From: Nemertoderma westbladi | Lineage: Eukaryota; Animalia; Xenacoelomorpha | Assembly: GCA_032718475.1 (NCBI GenBank) | Contig: JAUCBJ010002155.1 | Location: 1 to 64,000 of the forward strand | Direction of reading: 5' to 3' | Length of the DNA stretch: 64,000 nt | In this document: piece by piece, positions 49,725 through 62,050 of the stretch | Numbering within the stretch: the first letter of the stretch is position 1 | Layout of the letters: each line of letters opens with the position of its first letter | Translations under genes and position numbers: made by a program | The notes under the pieces: model-generated | Database searches by the model: none | What the model saw: the letters and a program-made list of their open reading frames with translations, nothing else | Told to the model about the DNA's origin: nothing

Positions 49725-49844
49725 AACTGAGTTTTGGATATTATCTTTGTAATACTCATTGAATAGTAACCACTTCCTCTCGTCTCCATTAAATTTCACC
49801 ACCTCTCCTACTGACACCACTTGCCTCGCTTCTGATCGCGCCAT
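49725..49844 (-). pseudogene. BEL/Pao-like gag (DUF1759-like) remnant split by the Gypsy insertion; continues at ~38805-38861
   Basis: VKFNGDERKWLLFNEYYKDNIQN on the right flank and STLSNGEKLRFLVEGLK on the left flank, with a frameshift between them. Confidence 0.5.
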
Positions 49845-50131
49845 CTGCCGGGTGAAACACTCTCTTGAGCCAATGTACTATTAAATAGAGGGCTATCAGA
49901 ATAGGGAGCAGGATGAGTCACGTGGGGAATACTTTGAGCAGACGAACGACTTAGTGGTTGGTTCGGGGATCCAATATAAGGTTAAGCAGAATCATAATAA
50001 GTCATGTCCTTTAGGGATATGGATCAATTAACTCTAACAGAAATACGCAGTTGGAGGGATATGCAGTTTGGGGTACCCACACAGCCATTGGATTTTTATA
50101 CTGTATGAAACTCGCTGGTTTCAGTAGTGGC

Positions 50132-50317
50132 GGCCTCAACCCTAATTTAAACTGTCATGTAACCCTAACCCTAAGTCATAATCTAATTTATTATTAATTA
50201 TTACCATTAAGGGCCGTTCTAGGGATTTAATGGCAATAATGTCAGAAATGCCGTTAAATTTCTTAGATTATGACTTAGGGTTACAGTTACATGACAGTTT
50301 TAATTATGGTTGAGGCC
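50132..50317. mobile_element. Small hairpin MITE-like element
   Basis: About 55-bp inverted repeats GGCCTCAACC.TAATT.AAACTGTCATGTAAC..TAACCCTAAGTCATAATCTAA; no clear TSD. Confidence 0.65.
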
Positions 50318-51154
50318 TGACCAACTAACCCTAACCAAAATAATAAACCAAACTATCTTCACAAGAAATAAGAATAAATGGTTATGATAGGTTAATTGAT
50401 CAAACCCGGCCCGGTTTGAACCCGGCCCGGTTAATCGGTCGTTTACTATTCCCGACAGCCCGAAGTATTTATTTTGGGTATAACGAGTTTGGGTTTGGGG
50501 GGCCTCCACATACTGCAGTACTGGCATAATATAAGTAAAGTAACACACGTCATAAACCATTTGGGGAAAGGAGTAAGGTTACAGCAGTACAGAGGCGGGC
50601 TTTTCTAACCAAAACAATAAACGGCCACTCTCCGACTCTATCCAATCACCAATTGGGGTAAAGGAGCAGGTTACAGAAGCGTAGCGTAGCGTACTCTACC
50701 TTACCTGTACTGTCAGACTGTTGGTACTTAGCACACTCTGACCTGCTGACACTGTATGTCAGTATGTAGGCTATATTGTACTGTTACTGCCAAACTGCAG
50801 CCCTGAAACACGTTTTGTTTTATATACCGGTAGTACTTTTCGGTTTTAGCTGTACAGTAAGTATTAAGGTATATTAAAGAATTACAGTATTACAGTACCG
50901 GTATTAAAGTACTTTACTCTAATCTCCACTGTAAGTCAGTAAGTGCCGTGCAGCCGTGAACCTTGCACCGTGTGGTGGTCTCCCTCAAAAACTGTTTTTT
51001 AACGACTGAACGATTACATGGATTAGGCCTAGCATTGCAGCATTGTTAACTCATTAGGCCCCCCTATCTGCTGATCTCCCTTTCGATTATCTGTTTATTA
51101 TTGTAGGCCTATTATAATTTATTTGCGGCGTTGCCATAGAGCAGTGCGGCAGCG

Positions 51155-51520
51155 ATGGCTTCTCGTACTCTTATGCTCGTTATGAATCGACCTATTTGCT
51201 TAAGAAATGGTATTCGAAATCGATATTATTCCGAGGGCCAGACGCGGCGAGGAGAGGAGCTGAAAGTTCCACTGAAGCACGGATTCCCCATCAGTAAGGG
51301 ATTGCAGAGAATATTCGATATCCGAGAGAAATATGGAAAGAATCAATATGAAGAGGAAGACACATTCGATATAACCCCGGGACGAGTTATAAGGAATTAC
51401 ATTGCGATCGTCCTTATCATCTTGGCTTTCTGTCCGACCGCATACCTATACTTCATGAACGCTAGCTACATGTGTAAGGAAGTACCGAAAGATAATTTCT
51501 TCAAATCTTACTTGGGATAG
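51155..51520 (+). CDS. Small single-pass membrane protein, 121 aa, possibly mitochondrial; function unknown
   Basis: ATG in good context (GCGATGG); Arg-rich N-terminus without acidic residues, ending R-Y-Y-S like a mitochondrial presequence; one TM segment (YIAIVLIILAFCPTAYLYF); AATAAA at ~51584; splice-acceptor-like TTGTAG at 51101-51106. Confidence 0.6.
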   Translation: MASRTLMLVMNRPICLRNGIRNRYYSEGQTRRGEELKVPLKHGFPISKGLQRIFDIREKYGKNQYEEEDTFDITPGRVIRNYIAIVLIILAFCPTAYLYFMNASYMCKEVPKDNFFKSYLG

Positions 51521-53368
51521 TCCAGTCCACGGATTGTGTTTGATTGTTTCACGCGCTAATGCGATGTTCTGTGTTGCTATAGTAAATAAATTGTAAAATA
51601 TTGACGGAATAGTGTCTGTAGCTGTTAGTGTAAACCAATGTAGTTGAGTTCTATTTAGTAACACTTTCCAGGTTCACGACTACAGTAGTAAGTCTATGTA
51701 CCGATCGAGCACAACGAGCAAGGTTTACATACGGAAACGAGTACCGGTATTCGTAACGCTGTAAAGTGAGTTTTTCATACAATGATGCAACGTTTGGTTA
51801 CATTGTGTCAAATTATCGTCCTGAATTTGATCATTTTAATAATGTCCTGTTTAATGATATTGGTTGAGGAATTATTTAAATTAATCGCAGCTACTACAAA
51901 ATCTAGGAGTTAATAGTTCTAGGAGTATACATTAATTTTCATGTAATGAGATATTATATATAAGCCGTAAGAGGAAAAGTTGCTGATAGATAGATAGTTG
52001 CATAACACTGATGGATAACTTGACATAATCTAACAATAGAGTACCAGTACTGTTGCAACAAATATATATAGATATATTCCAAAATCGCATCATTATGAAA
52101 CGATTGCTGATGAAAAACTGACAAATTTAAATTATATGTGGTGAAATTACTCAAATTTTTAATAACGGCCCATTTTTTATTTACTGACCGGTCAGTAAAC
52201 TGTATTACTCATCATTGAGTGTAAAATATATATAATAAATAAATATACACATTATAATATATATATATATATAATGAAATAAAATTAAATCCAGTGTGAC
52301 TTGGTGGAGAGTTGTCAGCTGGTTGTCTGTAGAATGTGGTTGGTGTTGAATTCTAATTTCCTCATTTCATAAAATCTGCCAATTTTAACTAACAAACGAG
52401 GACGTTTATTGGACCGTTAGGTTACTTGTAACCATGACAACTTTAGATTGATTCCAAGTTTGTACCTTTATGTGTTATAATAACAAAGTTGAGTAATGTA
52501 AAAATTTTGGAATAAAGGTAATATTCATAAAATAATACCCTATGTAATTGGCGATAATGATACATCTTTATCTCTCATTTACAAACTTATCTCTCTAGTT
52601 ATAATAACAATATTTTTATTATTTATACCTGTAGCGTGTGTAGCCAGGAAATATAATATACAAGAAAGTGTTATATTAATATATAGTCGTAGTTACTCGT
52701 CCCATTTGTTCTTGGTCCTGGCGGTAGTGGGTTCGAGTCCCGCAACCGCGCCATAGGGGAGTAAAATATTCGGATTTGGTGAAAAAATAAGTCTGTTTCA
52801 TTAATGCCGAAAATATTACTGATATTTTCAAATCTATTTTTTCGTTTTCGAGATATTGCGTTTTTTCGTACTTTTCATACCAGAACAAAATAGACATACT
52901 AGAACACATTTTTTTCTAGAACATTTTTTGGAAAAAAAACCATACTACTGTCAGAAAAAAAACGTCAAACAATGGGTACCCAAGGTGTAGTAATGCCCGT
53001 ATTTCACTATGGACGAATCTTCGATGGACGATATTTATGCTGAAATCGGCCCAGATAAAAGTGAGAGAAGACTTACTGCAAATAAAACGACGTAAGTGGT
53101 GGCAAAAGTAACATTTTTTGTCTTGCTTTCTTTTTTGTCTCGCTACGCGCGCCAAATAATAACTCTCGACAAAAAAAGCCAACTTTTTTTGCCACCACTT
53201 AAATAGTTAAATAAATTTAGCATTAAAATGTTTAGTTGTATGACCTTTTTCTAATGTAGCCACAGTAGTTTAATAAAATATTTTAATCAAAATGTGCCGA
53301 TCCAATCACTCAAGCATGCTTTCCACCAAGCCGAGAGAGAAACAAAGCTACTACTACTACTATAATCC

Positions 53369-53638
53369 GCCCATGTGAAAAATACCAGGATTTCACTTTT
53401 CGGTCGACTTTTTATTGGAATTTTATATAGGAAGATTTTTATTTTTTTAAATTTAACTTTATTAAGTGTTTTATATCGCTTATTTCTGTCTTATAACCTT
53501 TACAAATACTAATTCGTTTATTGTTTTGGTTAGATTCAGCCCTTCTGTAACCTATGTTTTTGGTGAAAACATGGTATTCTTCACATGGGGGTAACTGCAA
53601 AGTGAAATATATCAAAGTCTGGTATTCTTCACATGGGC
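53369..53638. mobile_element. MITE-like element
   Basis: TIR GCCCATGTGAA.AATACCAG / CTGGTATTCTTCACATGGGC. Confidence 0.6.
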
Positions 53639-53744
53639 CCTATACAGTAATTGGTCAGCTGCATTGAAACCGCATATATTGAGATTCTATGTCGGCCTAA
53701 CAAAAACATTTTGTCCACACCAAGTGATCCACAATTGGCAAGCA

Positions 53745-53978
53745 CAATGTAGCGTGCGTTAAGAATACTATGCCGGCTTATCAACAAAGTTGCACCACCT
53801 CAACTCCCTATCCCCGATGACTTTCGTGAGATTATCCACATCTTCAAGGCCAGTGTCCTTAAGGAGGAGTCACGCGAAAGTCATGGGCTGGCCACCATAC
53901 CTTTTTTCACCATTGGGCTGCCAAAGTACAAGATTGTGCACAGGCTGGTCCTCACGGCGAAAACAATGTCCTGCAGGC
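53745..53978 (-). mobile_element. Diverged RTE-like LINE 3' fragment
   Basis: Reverse complement resembles 1483-1725. Confidence 0.75.
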
Positions 53979-54945
53979 TGGGGTCGGCCTTCACCGTCAG
54001 TATGAAAATAATGCGCGGGAAAGAACATGACCAGGGGTCGAACCAGTGACCTACTGTATGAATCCGCTCACCTGCAGCCCCCAGATTTAATAGTTTCATC
54101 CGATTGGGTAAGTAAGATCGCATTTTAAACATAATATAAAACAGTTTTCCCTTTTTTGAACCGTATCAGATCCTTTTCTTTTTTTAAAAATCAATTCCAT
54201 TTTTTACTCGATTTTTTGGGCTGGGAGGGCTGTGAGTTATTATTCAGTAACAAACTAAGAAGTAAATTACGGCTATTGTTGAAAATTCAAATACTCACAG
54301 CATCGGTGATAACAGCACGATACCATTTACAAATTATATATTTGTGTGTCATGAGCCATACAACAGGCCTTACAGAAAAGTAGTAATTCCAAGTAAAATT
54401 TTGGAAATTGTGTCCCATCCGTATTTTTCCTTATTCAGATTACTTTTTAACGAAACTTCACTTCTCCGGAGTGGAGGGGGGGGGGGGGGGGGGGTGGGGG
54501 GTCTATGTGTTGTGTTGCCTGCGCACGAAGTGACAACACAATGGCGTGAGCGCTATTTCCACAGATTTGACGAGAGTGTGGAAATTTGTGATTTTACCCA
54601 TTTTCTGTCATGGGTGGGACATGGGTTTTGACCCATGTAATACATGAAACGTACATAAACAACAAATTTTGGAAACATTGCATATAGGCCCCTAGAAATA
54701 ATTGATATTACCCCGCGCCATTTAATATTGCAGGAAATTTAACCTACTGTATATTTGGGAGTTACTTGGGAGGTTGTGGCACTTACACCATTTATATATT
54801 AACGATCTTAGTTTACCTATAGTCGCGAATATTTTGCTAATTATTTTCTCGCCATTATTCTCGGGGTTTCACGAGAAAAATAGCAAGATTTTTTATTGTT
54901 AGAGAGGCTGTGGAAGAAAAAGCCCACTGAAAGAATTAATATTTA

Positions 54946-55168
54946 GTGTGTTACATATTCTGCCCCGTAGCTTTTGAGACCTTTGGATGGCTGGATGGCG
55001 GTATTCCTGAAGGAGATCGGACGCAGACTCTGTTCTACAACCTCGGAACCAATGTCTCACCAGTTTCTCCTTCAGCGCCTTGTTATCGCCATCCTCATTG
55101 GCAATGCCGCTTCCATCCTTGGTACAATGGACCCTTCTGCCGATGGCCTGTACGACATCCTAGAGTAG
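54946..55168 (+). pseudogene. 3' end of a restriction-like-endonuclease non-LTR retrotransposon (CRE-like)
   Basis: FCPVAFETFG, then after a frameshift FLKEIGRRL...FLLQRLVIAILIGNAASILGT. Confidence 0.7.
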
Positions 55169-56282
55169 TATTTTATTTCAGTAATTATACATACAGTACA
55201 ACTGTACTATTTTATTTATTTTTTTTTTACTTTTTATTTATTAATTCATTTTACATTTCCCACCGTAGTTAATCTTCTGCTGGATTGTTTTCTCTTTCTA
55301 CTTTTTACTTAATATTCACCAGGTCACACTACATTATAATAACATAACATTTATTTACAGTATTTCCATAGGTATCAAATTTTTTAGCGATTTTAATGAC
55401 TTTAATCCCTGCCATAACACCATAACAGTATTTTTATTTTCCAGTAATAATACTTTAATAGTAATTTTAATATTGATCTTTGAACATGTAAATAGGTTTA
55501 ATAATAGGACAACTTTTAAGAGTATTTCAAAAATTTTACTGTTTTATCACTTTAATTCGTCAGGAACTATCTGTCTGTGACATGAATTATACATTGCCTT
55601 AATTTACTTTCAATTATATTAGTTGCTGTATAGTTAGTGTGTTCAATAAATATTTGCATGGCAGAAAATTCTCACCGTAACTCTCTGTATCGCGAACAAT
55701 AAAAATATCTTAATTATATTATTAATATCGAATATTTAATTTATCAGAAACTTAAATCACAATATTCAGGCATCATAAATCAAACAAACTGTATAGTTGT
55801 TGTTCCTACTGAATGTTTAATGTACCTAGTACCTACAAATAATTTCCGATACGAAAGGGCTAATCAATTTATGCCGTCATAGAGAAAGTAGTTGCAAATT
55901 AATATTACTAAACTAATTAAATTGAATCACAATAGGTTATTATTAATACACTTCAATAGTGACAGATACCTGAGTTTAATTATTTATTACAGTAATAATA
56001 ATTATGCGCTGATTAAAAACAAATCAGTTGGAAAAAAAGCTAAGTGAGATTTTACAGACATCAATCATAGTGTGGTGTGTGTGAACTACTATAATCGGTC
56101 ACTAAATAAGTATACTGTAAGAAGTGAAACAACAAAACTACTATAACTTTAAATTGGGATCTTAAATAAATACCCAAGAGGCACGAATGATACGGCTCTA
56201 TCTGTAGAGTCCAGTAATAATTTGTGGTTGATATCGCAAAGTGCTGCACAGCCAGCCAGTTAGTGACTGTCTGGGAGAGATT

Positions 56283-57331
56283 GGCGAGTCAGTGTAGCTA
56301 AAAAATGGGGTCAACCCATAACAAATTTGCAATTCATCCAAACCAATTTTTTTTTATTCTATATTACCTTGTTAATACCCCCAAAGAAGTCTATAAAAAT
56401 ATATTATGCGGATCACCTTCAATTTCCTGTTTCTTTCCTTAGCAACATGGATTTTACATAGCAACAAGGGTTCTATTGGTGGGATTTTCTCCAAATTTGG
56501 TACAGACAAACTTTAACTCTAATGCCTATCGATTGACTGAAGTATGCACTTCTATATAGTTACCAATTTAGATTCCAGAACAACAGAATATTGTCTAATC
56601 ATTTAACCATTTTTAATACCAATTTTGCTGGTACAATATAAATAATCATAAATATAAATAAATATAAATCTTACTTACACAACTTCTCTACTAAACGGGT
56701 GGATGTGTAACCTCGCTCATCGGATTTATCGACCTCAAAAACCCTTATCCCCAAAAAATTTATTTGTTATATTATAAACTATTGTGGTTTCTAAACTAAA
56801 ACAAATAAATAAATTAAAATTTAAAATCAATAGAGGAATCACAATTTTATTATGTGAAAATTATTCGCATAATAATGGAAATTTTAAAATATTAATGGAA
56901 AAATATTAATGGAAATTATGAAATTTCCTTGCAGTGGAATTGTATAATTTTTTACATTAATTAATATTCGTGAAATTTTTTTAAAATTTGGATGCGACTT
57001 CTAGTTTCCGAGATATAGCAATAAATGTGTAACCCGCCAGTATAAATATTACTAATTTCCCATTAAATCACAACTTATGGTAAATTACTTAAATTATTCT
57101 GGAACATCACCAATTTGATACTTACTAACTACTGTTTCCTACTGTTGCATTTTGTTTGGCTTGTTTTATGCAAATTTGCGCAGAATTTCCTTGAATAAAC
57201 ATAATATGATCCGCAAAATTAAATTTTATAGACTTTTTTGGTCATTAACGAGGTAAATATAGAATCAAAAATATGTGGTTCGGGTTGAACCACAATAATT
57301 TCTTATGGGTTTTTTACCAGATTGACTCGAC
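56283..57331. mobile_element. Old TIR element with degenerate long inverted ends
   Basis: AACCCATAA...AAGTCTATAAAA...TGCGGATCA near 56310-56415 is mirrored at 57205-57331. Confidence 0.45.
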
Positions 57332-57729
57332 TATTATAGCAGTATGGTGTAAGAAATTGAAACCCGGTCCAACTGTAAACAAGCATCGATATATTTATTA
57401 AATTGATGTAATATAATTATATTATAACGATTAATATAATGTAAAGGTTTAATTAATAATAATTTTTGATCTGATTTCAGACTATCTAGAAAGCAAACCA
57501 TTCTGTGTCCTCCTTACCAACGTCGTATTCAACTCAACTTCATGGAAAAATATTTCTATAAAAAAGGTTGGCCCACAATTTAAAACATTCCCGAAATCAA
57601 CTTAAATTTATTAAATATTCTAACATTGCTGTTACAGTGCGGGATTGCGCTGTAAACCAGAAAATTCATACGGAAATTTAATATAATTGGTCGCAAAAAT
57701 CTATGAGTGAGAATCCGAGAGCTACAAAG

Positions 57730-58920
57730 TTACAAAGATAATTGGTAGGAGTGGAGGGATTGCCATTCCTCTAGGAAGTTCATCAGAGGATCAACGCAGC
57801 TCCGAACCACGGGAATGGATCTAACGCACTTCTGTAGCTTATCGACAATTTGGGATTTAGTAAATTCGTCGTAGAAAGGCGATCGTAATAGATAAAGGAA
57901 GGGGTGGCGGAATCGTCTCTGGAGTTCGTGTTGCTCCCGTAAATTATAGCCATCGTGAAAACCAAATAATAAAATACTAACAATATCCACTGCCATGGAG
58001 AGTTTATACGTCGCCCAAGAATTAGAACCCAAAGCAGCGGAACAAGCGAGATTTATCACCGGTCTTAGCGAATGGAGGGTCTCGCCTAATTGATTAATGT
58101 GATTAAGCCGCGTGGACGGTGCGAGAAAACCGTTGAGTCTATCCAGTCGGGATTTACAGTGGAGGTAATCCGAGCGTGGCGACCCGAACTGACCCGAGAG
58201 GCATTGCGCGGACTGAGAGCGCGACACCACCCGGCCTTCCGTGCCGTCGACGACCTCCCATGTAGTAGCGACGGTGCGGTCCAGTTCGTTTCGTTTATCT
58301 ATAAGTTCTAACCGCATATCTGGATGGGAGAGCAACGGGTCGCTAGGGATAATTCCCGAATCGCAACATGTTTGTAAATAAAGTCGCAGTAAACATTTAA
58401 CTACCTGGATAACGACAACGATAATCCAACGACTGGTCTCACCGCCGCGACTCAAACAACCTAATTCTAGAATCACTTCAAAGTATTCTAGAACCGTCAA
58501 CCACGTTCGTACGCGTTTGCTATTGGCCGTAAGAGGTGTGGCGAGTTTAACGGACGCGTTTCGGTACTTGTGAGCCATTAACGCGGTCCATAAAGATAGC
58601 GAATTAGAAACGGTAAAAAGTAATTCGGATAATATAATGTAACGACCGCGTAACGCGTAGGACATTATCTGCAGGAGCGATTCGGTTCGTTTTATCGCGT
58701 CGATATTGTTCAGCAGAACTTTCTCCAATTGTTTCCAGTCGCGCAATGGAAACATAGTAAGGATTATTTTGACGACTCGGTTGTTAGTGTTCATCTCTGG
58801 TTGGTTGTCCGACATCCGTTTCCTTGTCCAACCCGTGGCTTCCTCGAGCGGTCTTCCAGTATTAGGCCTATTATTAGAACCAGAAGAAGCCGGACCTATG
58901 CCAGTATCTGCATCATCCAT
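57730..58920 (-). CDS. PEX16: Peroxisomal membrane protein PEX16; single-exon CDS
   Basis: SYALRGR...SELLF, LTVLEYFEVILELG, RWIIVVVIQVVKCLLRL, GETLHSLRP, NSW, ELQRR, LYLLRSPFYDEFTK and PLMNFLEEWQ match the Pex16 family. First ATG is at 58920; the ORF track starts at TTG 58926. Confidence 0.93.
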   Translation of the reverse strand: MDDADTGIGPASSGSNNRPNTGRPLEEATGWTRKRMSDNQPEMNTNNRVVKIILTMFPLRDWKQLEKVLLNNIDAIKRTESLLQIMSYALRGRYIILSELLFTVSNSLSLWTALMAHKYRNASVKLATPLTANSKRVRTWLTVLEYFEVILELGCLSRGGETSRWIIVVVIQVVKCLLRLYLQTCCDSGIIPSDPLLSHPDMRLELIDKRNELDRTVATTWEVVDGTEGRVVSRSQSAQCLSGQFGSPRSDYLHCKSRLDRLNGFLAPSTRLNHINQLGETLHSLRPVINLACSAALGSNSWATYKLSMAVDIVSILLFGFHDGYNLREQHELQRRFRHPFLYLLRSPFYDEFTKSQIVDKLQKCVRSIPVVRSCVDPLMNFLEEWQSLHSYQLSL

Positions 58921-59240
58921 TATCAATACTGCAATAAATAACTTATTACTTGATCAATGCAGAATGTATGTAGGCTTACATTATACTGTTATATCCTGAC
59001 CTGAATCCTGTTATCCAGATGCTACTGATATCTACGGTTAATGCATCATGCAGTAATGACAGAGTGACGGACTCCAGTCACGCTACAGGCTTTGCACTGT
59101 ATGGGAATTAAATAGGCAGCGCAGCGTAAATAACAGACGGACACAATAAGACAGAGGGGGGGGGGGGGGGGGGGGGGGGTGGTAGGGAGGGGAGGGGGGT
59201 GGGGGGAGACTTTCGACGCAAACAAAATTCATCCCTCACC

Positions 59241-59664
59241 TACGGTGGCTGATTAAGGCCTATTATTTCCATTTTTTTAATTATTTTAACCCGGGTGAAA
59301 AACATTTATCACCCGGGTGAAAAACATCAGAACTCTGAACACATGTAGTGAGTTTCCTTATAAATAATATCGAAAGCTCATTTTGATCCAGATTCACTCT
59401 TGGCGAATTAATATCTCGACCAATCTTATTAATCAATTTAGGGAAAGGATCAGGTTACAGTGGCATGTTATTCTAACCAAAACAATAAACGAAAGTCAAT
59501 AGTTAAACATTCAAATATTTTTCACCCGGGTGATAAATTTTTTTCACCCGGGTGATAAATGTTTTCACCCGGGTGATAAATGTTTTCACCTGGGTGATAA
59601 ATTTTTTCCCCCGGGTGAAAAATATTTAAAAAATGGAAATAATTGGCCGCAATCAGCCACCGTA
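59241..59664. mobile_element. IS3EU-type MITE related to 34933-37188
   Basis: TACGGTGGCTGATT / AATCAGCCACCGTA TIR; 6-bp TSD CTCACC (59235-59240, 59665-59670); TCACCCGGGTGA subrepeats. Confidence 0.88.
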
Positions 59665-61467
59665 CTCACCAGGGGAAAATCGACGCAAATAACAGATGAT
59701 TACTCCAAATATAAAACCTTTATCCTGTTCTATTGACTTTAGTTTTTTGTTTTGGTTAGAAATAATGTGCCTCTTTAAAACCTACCCATTTCCATAAATT
59801 GCCAATTTAACATTGAGGCGTAATATGAATTCGCCGAGATGGAATTTGCGTGTAATTATGAAAGGTGTGTGGAATTTTCACTCAACGAATATAACTGTGT
59901 GGCGAGTGCAGGTGCTGTGCATGGGTTCGCCAAGCTGACAACCATTATGGAAATGAATAGGTTAACAAAGGTTTACACTACCATATTTTATCGCCGCCGG
60001 CAATGGTTTTCGGCTGTCGATTGTCGGCGTAACGTTCGCCGTAATACTTCGCCTCTTCCGGTGCTAGCTGCTGGGATATGGGGGTTGGAATGCTCTGCAC
60101 CATGTTACAGTAGGCCTACATACTGCATAATTGCAAACACATTCATTGTTAGTAAAAATATAGAGCATCATCTACAACTGTAATGTACTTTGGATATTGG
60201 GAAAAGGCAATAACGAGGGATGAATATGATCTGATTAGTACAGTATTATCTGAGTACATTCATAATTTATTAATTCAAAATAAAAATGAAACACATATCA
60301 TATAATATACACCTTTATCGTATTTATTTAGTACTGTCGGCGAACACTAATTACAAATATTAATGATAACACCCTATATTTAGGCCTATTATATCGAAAC
60401 CGTAAAGATATATTAGTTTCAATACCCATAGTAGCATAATGTGTATAGAATGCTGCAATGTCGCTTGATAACTCGGAAGTTGTCCTCCACTTTTGGATCT
60501 ATTTTACTCGTTTGGTCGCTTTGCACATAATTTGCAATGTTTCTGTAAATAACCAATAGAAGTTAACAAAAATATTGTTATACAAGTTGTAAGTTATGTA
60601 GTAACTATCAAGTATCTATTTTATTTTGGCTTCGTAATTTAACACGGTCTAAGGGCATCTCTCTAATTCTATACAATAATTTGTCTTCCACAATAAATAG
60701 CGAGGGTGTGGGGGTCTAATTGTAGTGACCGTACGAAATATGTAACTGTACGACATTTCTCCCTATTTTAAATTCATGTCTCGTTTTCTAATTGTATAAA
60801 TTCACTTTATAATCAGTATAGTTAGTGTTTTAATAAGATGAACATTTTTTATTTATTTTATATTCAGTACAATGTTCGTATTCGTTAGTAAAGATAATTT
60901 TGATGTTTACAGTTATATTAAATCTCAAAAAAAGGTTATTTATTTTGCAATATAAAAATTGTTAATTAAAGTGTATTATTATTATTTTCTAATTTATTAA
61001 TAGTTTTTATAGTAGGCCCTATACAGTAAGTATACTCAACTGTACCTGTTTTCTGTTAAGATTCCTGCGAATGTCAACACCCCAAAGCAAACTAAGTAAA
61101 CGACCGTTAATCGCAGCACTAAAGTCATTATTCCTTCTATTCCAGGGGTTTTCTTTTTAAACCTATAGATTTTATTAGAAAATCAATGGCTTATATCGTA
61201 GCGGTAATCGTGACACGTTCGTAGGGCCTTCGCGCAGCACGACGTATAGATGAGCCTTAGCAGCATAGCGGTATAGTAAACCGTCTGCCCAGGAACTAAG
61301 TCAGATTGCATCATATCATTTTTAAACACAATTCTAATACAATCAATTGGGTAGTCGGGAGGACAAACTATCTGTTTCAAATGTCAGTCGACTGATATGA
61401 TTAGTAGGAAAAACAGTGAGCGGAAGGGGTGGAGGGGGGTGTGCCACTATTATGACACTATTCCAGA

Positions 61468-61621
61468 GTCAAAGCTGCGAGCCATCAGCGAACTGTTATA
61501 ATTGTAATATGGCCGTTTTCTAAAAGTCCGTGTGTGACGGAAGCCATAATTGTCGGAAGCCAATATATAAACCAGCCATAGTATAATTATAATTGTACGC
61601 TAAGATGGCTTGCAGCTTTTG
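61468..61621. repeat. Short inverted-repeat element; one arm also occurs at ~21336-21395
   Basis: CAAAGCTGCGAGCCATC.GCGAAC..TTATAATT is mirrored at 61583-61621. Confidence 0.55.
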
Positions 61622-62050
61622 CTGCACGAAGGCCCCACTCGTGTTCATGAGAAGCCACTATACTCACTCAAAATGTAGATAAACAGTAGAGCAATTTATA
61701 AAAATGAAAATTAGAATTAAGAAAAATGTATTTGTAGAGAGCGCTTCAAAAGAGTGTTGATCTGTGTTATAAGAATGCTTTACTCCTAAACACTCCAATG
61801 ATATAGAACCAAGCCTTGGCCACTGTAAAGCTATCCCCTGACCATTAAAATATAATGAGGTATTGATAAATTCCTAAACCTTGACTACTTTGATCTTATA
61901 CCATTATATATACATAAAATATGTAATGACCTATTATAGACGCACTCGATATACCAACAATATACTGAGTGTTTAAACTCAGTTCGTACTTAGTGATAGT
62001 TTCAGCAACGGTATGGTAGTTTATGACTTACTAGAGTTTAGTTGGGACAT

